From: Euglena gracilis
Lineage: Eukaryota
Direction: 5' to 3'
NCBI GenBank assembly: GCA_039621445.1
Contig: CP154954.1
Location: forward strand, 9,178,634-9,242,633
DNA length: 64,000 bases
This document shows positions 59,300-64,000 of the stretch, in pieces. Each line of letters starts with the position of its first letter. The first letter of the stretch is position 1. The position numbers were made by a program, and so were the translations under genes. The notes under the pieces were generated by a model. It was not told the origin of the DNA, made no database searches, and saw only the letters and a program-made list of their open reading frames with translations.

Positions 59300-62200
59300 G
59301 GCCATAAGTGAACGACACAATCGTCAACGGCACTACCACCGTTTTCATTTCCAGCCCATCTGGATGCTGGAAGTCAGCTGCCCGTACAACGGGATCAGCC
59401 GATGGCTCAGGAGCCTGGATCCTGGACTGGGGATGTGGAGCAGGCCGAGGCCGAAGGCCGTATGGCTGTGGAAGAGGAAGTACCAATGGTACATGAACCT
59501 CTTCCAGAACCCTGCTTCACGTCACCTCAGCAAAGTCATCCACTACCAATCCCTGGAACAGCTTCAAGGCCCTCGGTCTGGAGAGCGCAGATATGCGTCA
59601 CAGCCGTACAGGTCAGCAGACCTGGGGAAACGGGGTAGGCCAGAATCTTCATCCCCAATGAAGAGACCGAAACCACCAGCCCCCGCCCCAGCCCCAGCCA
59701 GGCTAACCAAGCACGGCAACGGCGGACGTCGGGTGGGCAACAGGCCGCACCCTCGCCCGTACCCGTGCCGTTTGCCGTGCTGGATAAACCAGCGCCAATG
59801 GCGCAAACCCCCAGACCGGTGCCAGTAAAAGCAGCAGCGCCGGCAGCTCCAGCAGCGCCAAAGGCGCTACAGCTTGTAGCAGCGCCAACGGCGCCACAGC
59901 CTGTAGCAGCGCCAATGGCGCCATCACCACAGTGCCTCCAGGCCAACAGGCCACCACCGAGGTACTGCCTGTTCCTGAACCCACTCTGCAACAGCTCGAG
60001 GAGGCCGAACTGGCCCAAGGAGCCCATAGGGCAGCAATCGAGCATGAAGCTGCGGAGCGTGCACACGTACATAAAATTCTTGATGACACCCTCGAACGTG
60101 TACGAAACCCCACCTACATCGATCCGCCTAGAGGCGAACCCCTCCCTATCAACAATCCACCGCTATTGGCGGACATTAAGGATCAACCTGCAGCATAACC
60201 AGCAGCCAAAATGGCTTATGCCTCACAGGAATTGCTTGGACGAAGAAGCGATATGAATCCTGCCTTTTTGGGACCCCGTTTCGCATCCCATCTCAGTCCT
60301 CATGCTTGGAAACAAGCTAGAGAAGAGATTCCTCAATGGGAATCCCGATCGGGCAAGGGTAAAGGCAAAAATGATCCCAAACGAGCACCTACTGCAGGCC
60401 AAAAGGACAAGGCCAAGTCCAAAAAGGCCAATACCGGGACGTCTATGAAGACGACATGGCAGCTCTATTCGAGCACATCCAGAGTATTCATGACCTCGCA
60501 TTCGAGGCCATGCGGAGGTTCGAAAATGAACTTAGTCTTCCAATCCGGGTCGCCTCCCCCGTCGTGACTTTGACCAGACAGCTCTATATGGAGCGCAATC
60601 GTGAGTTCCACCATGATGGAACTTTATATGCCTTTGAGGGCAATGCCATCTTCGGTCCGATATTGGACAATCTGCCAGGTTTCTGGCACGTTTGGTTCTG
60701 GGCGGGAAATCCCACCCAAAACTTCGAAAGGTTCCTGAACTCATGCGGTTATCCTTATCTGGATTGTGGTCGAGAAGACCGATACAATACAGGTAAAGAC
60801 CAACTGCAGCAGCTATTTGACTGCGTCCGCAGTGTAGGCCTGGAATGGTACATCTACCCACTGCCCGAAAATATCGCCAAATTGGCGGAAAACATGTTCT
60901 GCAAGTCTTTTACCACTGGCAATATGCCTATCACTTCGAAGTGGTCGATATGGACCTCCGCTTCCGCCAGATGTATATCGTCCGATGTTCTTACTGCTAC
61001 GAAAAGTTTGCAGTGGACTTCTGGGGATTCGGAGTACGCAGTACTCAACCACAGGCCGAAGGCCGGGATGAGGACGGCAAACAGGCCAATATCCCGCAGA
61101 CAGCGCCAAAGCGCATCATGCTCCTGCACCTTTGCAAAAATCCAAAGGATGTTCACCAAAGCTCGAACGGGCGACGCAACCACCGTCAACCCCTGCTGTA
61201 TTTGCAGCAGTTCTGGTTCAGGGCTTGGACCTGCCAGATCATGGAGATATATTATTATATCAACCCCGATAGGGAAATTCCCCCGGACTATGTCCCGATC
61301 AGGCCCCGGTTCGAAAAGGAAAGCATTGACGATTATGTCAAACGCCGATTCGGCGATACGCTCGATAGAGCGTTGTTACTGCCGTTTTTTTCAAGGCGGC
61401 AGAGTCAATGAACAGGGCATGGCCATACCCCTCCTGCGCTTCAACCACACGATGGTTGAAGGTGAACGGACGCCATTGGACAGTTTCCGATTACGGAAAA
61501 GACACGTGCCAAAGGCACAACGCCCCAAGCCGCAATCGGCTGCGGAAGTTCGGCCATCGGAATACTCAACCCAGCCGCAACTGGCAACATCAGTCACATC
61601 TCAGCCGCAATCGGCAACGCCAGTACCCCAGGGAATCCCTGGTCAGACACCACCACCTGTATTCGGGCGTGGTCGGCGTTACCTGGGATCAAGCCTATCG
61701 GCTACGGCAGAACCTTTTGTCCCTAATGGACCTCAGGAAAGCCAATTTGCTGTCGCCACCTCTTCTCCCCAGCCCGCTACTGCGGCACCCACCAGCGCGA
61801 CTGCGCAAACAGGTACTGTGCCTAGCGCTATAGCGGAACAGCCAGCAGCCCCTGCCGCTTCACCAGAAACGGTGGAGTGCAGTGAAGAGAGCGATGGCGA
61901 AAGCGGTGAAGACCGCATGGAAGGCCTGGAGGAAATATGTGCTGATGAACCTCAGCGTCCAGCTCTTCCGCCAGCCCCAATGGGCTCAAGAACACCCCTT
62001 CCTCCTGAGGGAGATGCAATCTCAGAGACCGAATCCCCTACATCTAAGGCTGAACAGCCAGCGGTACCTCTGGTACCACCCCTCTCCTTACCTGGAATGC
62101 CAACGGCACCAACCACGACAGAATTTGTCGCATCACCGACAGTACCGACAGGTGTTTTAGGTGGTGTGCTACAGGGTCTGACCGCGGCAATGTCCGCAGT

Positions 62201-63922
62201 ATCAGCAGTGCTGACTCATCGCGGCTCACCTGCCGCAACCCCTCCAGAAGCTCAACGGGTTCCTGCTGCTCGTAGCAGCTCAACAGCCGTACAGTCGTAC
62301 AGCCGTACGGTCACAACTCCAATGGAGTTGGATGTCCCAGCAGCCAAACCAGCTGCTCAAGCACCGCCAACGGCGGAAATGCAACCACCTCCTGCCAAAC
62401 CGGCAGCTCCGGCACCGCCAACGGCGGAAAGACGAGTGCCTCCGGCAGACCCTAGGTAAGAACGCCGATATGGCAAACAGAAAAAGCCTAAGGATAAACC
62501 CTCAACCGAAGACACCTGCAAGCCCGCTGAAAAGCGGCGGGACGATGAGCCACCACCTGCTGGTGGAGATGGCTCTGGAGCAGGCCAAAGGCCTACCATC
62601 CCTTTGCAAAGCTTTTCGGCTGCCGTTTCCTCAGGCGCTAAGCGCAATCCTCCCATCAGACCGATTCGGTGAAATGTCCCTCATGACGCCAATGAGCCAC
62701 TTTGGACTGATGACGTATTGTCCAGAGTAGACCCCCTCCAGACTCGCCAGTCTAGGGCCAATATGATCCGTAACAGCAGTGACCCCTGGCTGAATAAGTG
62801 GATCAAGCCCTTGTTACACCGGGTCAACCTGGTATTTTCACGACCAGCCACACCTGGCGTTTTTGGAATGCGAAAACTCCAAGGGTATTCGCCCAATATT
62901 TTGGGGGAAATTTCGTCCTGGATTTCCAGGAAAATGATCCACTATTGTGGTTATGTACAGCGTGCCATAGGCTTCGAAACGGCATGCCCGCAGTGCAAAT
63001 CTGCACACGCAACCAGGACTGCATAAGCTTCCACCACGACGCATATGTGCGAAATTGCGCAGCATTGGTTTGTGATGAATGCCTATTGGCATGTCCAATA
63101 TGAACAATTTCCGCTGGACGGAAAGCGATCATGATAAGGACATACCAGTCCGTTGCATCAACTGCCTATAGGCAGATTTCTGGTTTCCTGCCGGTGGCAG
63201 TATGACTAGAGTCATACCAGAAAATGAAGACCATTTGGTCAAATTGGAACAGGACTATAGGTCCCAGATCAATTCTTACCAGTTCAAGAAATTAAAAGCT
63301 GTGCACAGCTACCGCACAGGCGGAATCGCCAAAGATTTTCATCTTGACAGCGCAGCTGTCCGACTCGCAGTCGAGTCAGCAGGCAAGGCAAAAGTGCCAT
63401 GTCTTTTTTACGACTCCGACTGGGATGGGGTGATATACCCACTTTTTCAGCACAAACCTGCCAAACCGATCAGGTTATACATTTTTGTTGCCTGAATACC
63501 CCCCTGAGGCCTATAAAATGGAATTTACCGGTTGGGTAAGAGAAATCTTAAGGCCATTCACAATACGAGCGCGAGTCGCAGGCTAGCATTGCAAGGAGGA
63601 TCCTGCCGTTTACCCGGGGAGACCCCCACATGTTCAATGCAACCACCCCCGCCTGAATTTTCGGATCTAGCCGGCAATGTTGCCACTTTTCTTTTGGGAT
63701 AGCCTCCAGAATTTTCTTCATCGAGAAGCCAACAGGCTCGGAGTACGATTACCCGATGGGTATACACAAGCATGGGAATCGCCCGACTATGATGTCGAGG
63801 AGCCTGAAAGGCAACTTGTAATTTTTGAACCTCCGATGCTGGAGATAGTGGAAACTCCTGAAGGAGATTACGTTCGGGAGATAAGACCACCAACTCCCAC
63901 AAAATGGCCATCTGTGTCATAG
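59300..63922 (+). pseudogene. Diverged, frameshifted homolog of family A ORF3
   Basis: Shared blocks LYAFEG, PGFW.WFW, C..C...VDFWGFGVR, LQQFW.RAWT, HTW.FWN...AQYFG, CTAC, NCAALVCDECL, DIP..CINC; start uncertain. Confidence 0.9.
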
Positions 63923-64000
63923 ATACCCCAGACCTACAGGCCACAGGTCCATGCATCCTGCTCTGACGTTTTCATCGGTCCTACAGTCCCTGTATTCGGT

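Overview
Eukaryotic, transposon-dense DNA, most likely from a euglenid. Two near-copies of the Euglena-type spliced-leader (SL) exon occur at 991 and 19219, and TTAGGG-like motifs are present. About 90% of the window is a nest of Ty3/gypsy chromodomain LTR retrotransposons. Family A has copies 4222-18388, 21866-38065 and a partial copy at 48094-50285. Its layout is a very long gag, a UAG readthrough signal, a pol of PR / Dam-like domain / RT / RNase H / integrase / chromodomain, and a ~1,840-codon extra ORF in the env position. Its ends are non-canonical TG...CT with 5-bp target-site duplications (TSDs). Family B is a diverged relative seen only as fragments. Element C (minus strand, ~50286-57512) carries an N6-adenine methyltransferase domain (NPPF) and a C5-cytosine methyltransferase domain (FCG/PC/ENP) in tandem ahead of PR-RT-RH-IN-chromodomain; this is the most striking system here. 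Also present: a CRE-like non-LTR retrotransposon split by copy A1, two small non-autonomous LTR elements with 4-bp TSDs, a diverged homolog of the extra ORF (~59300-63922), a putative SL RNA gene, a hairpin cluster and an amastin/claudin-like gene fragment. All calls are from motif reading by eye; no searches were run.
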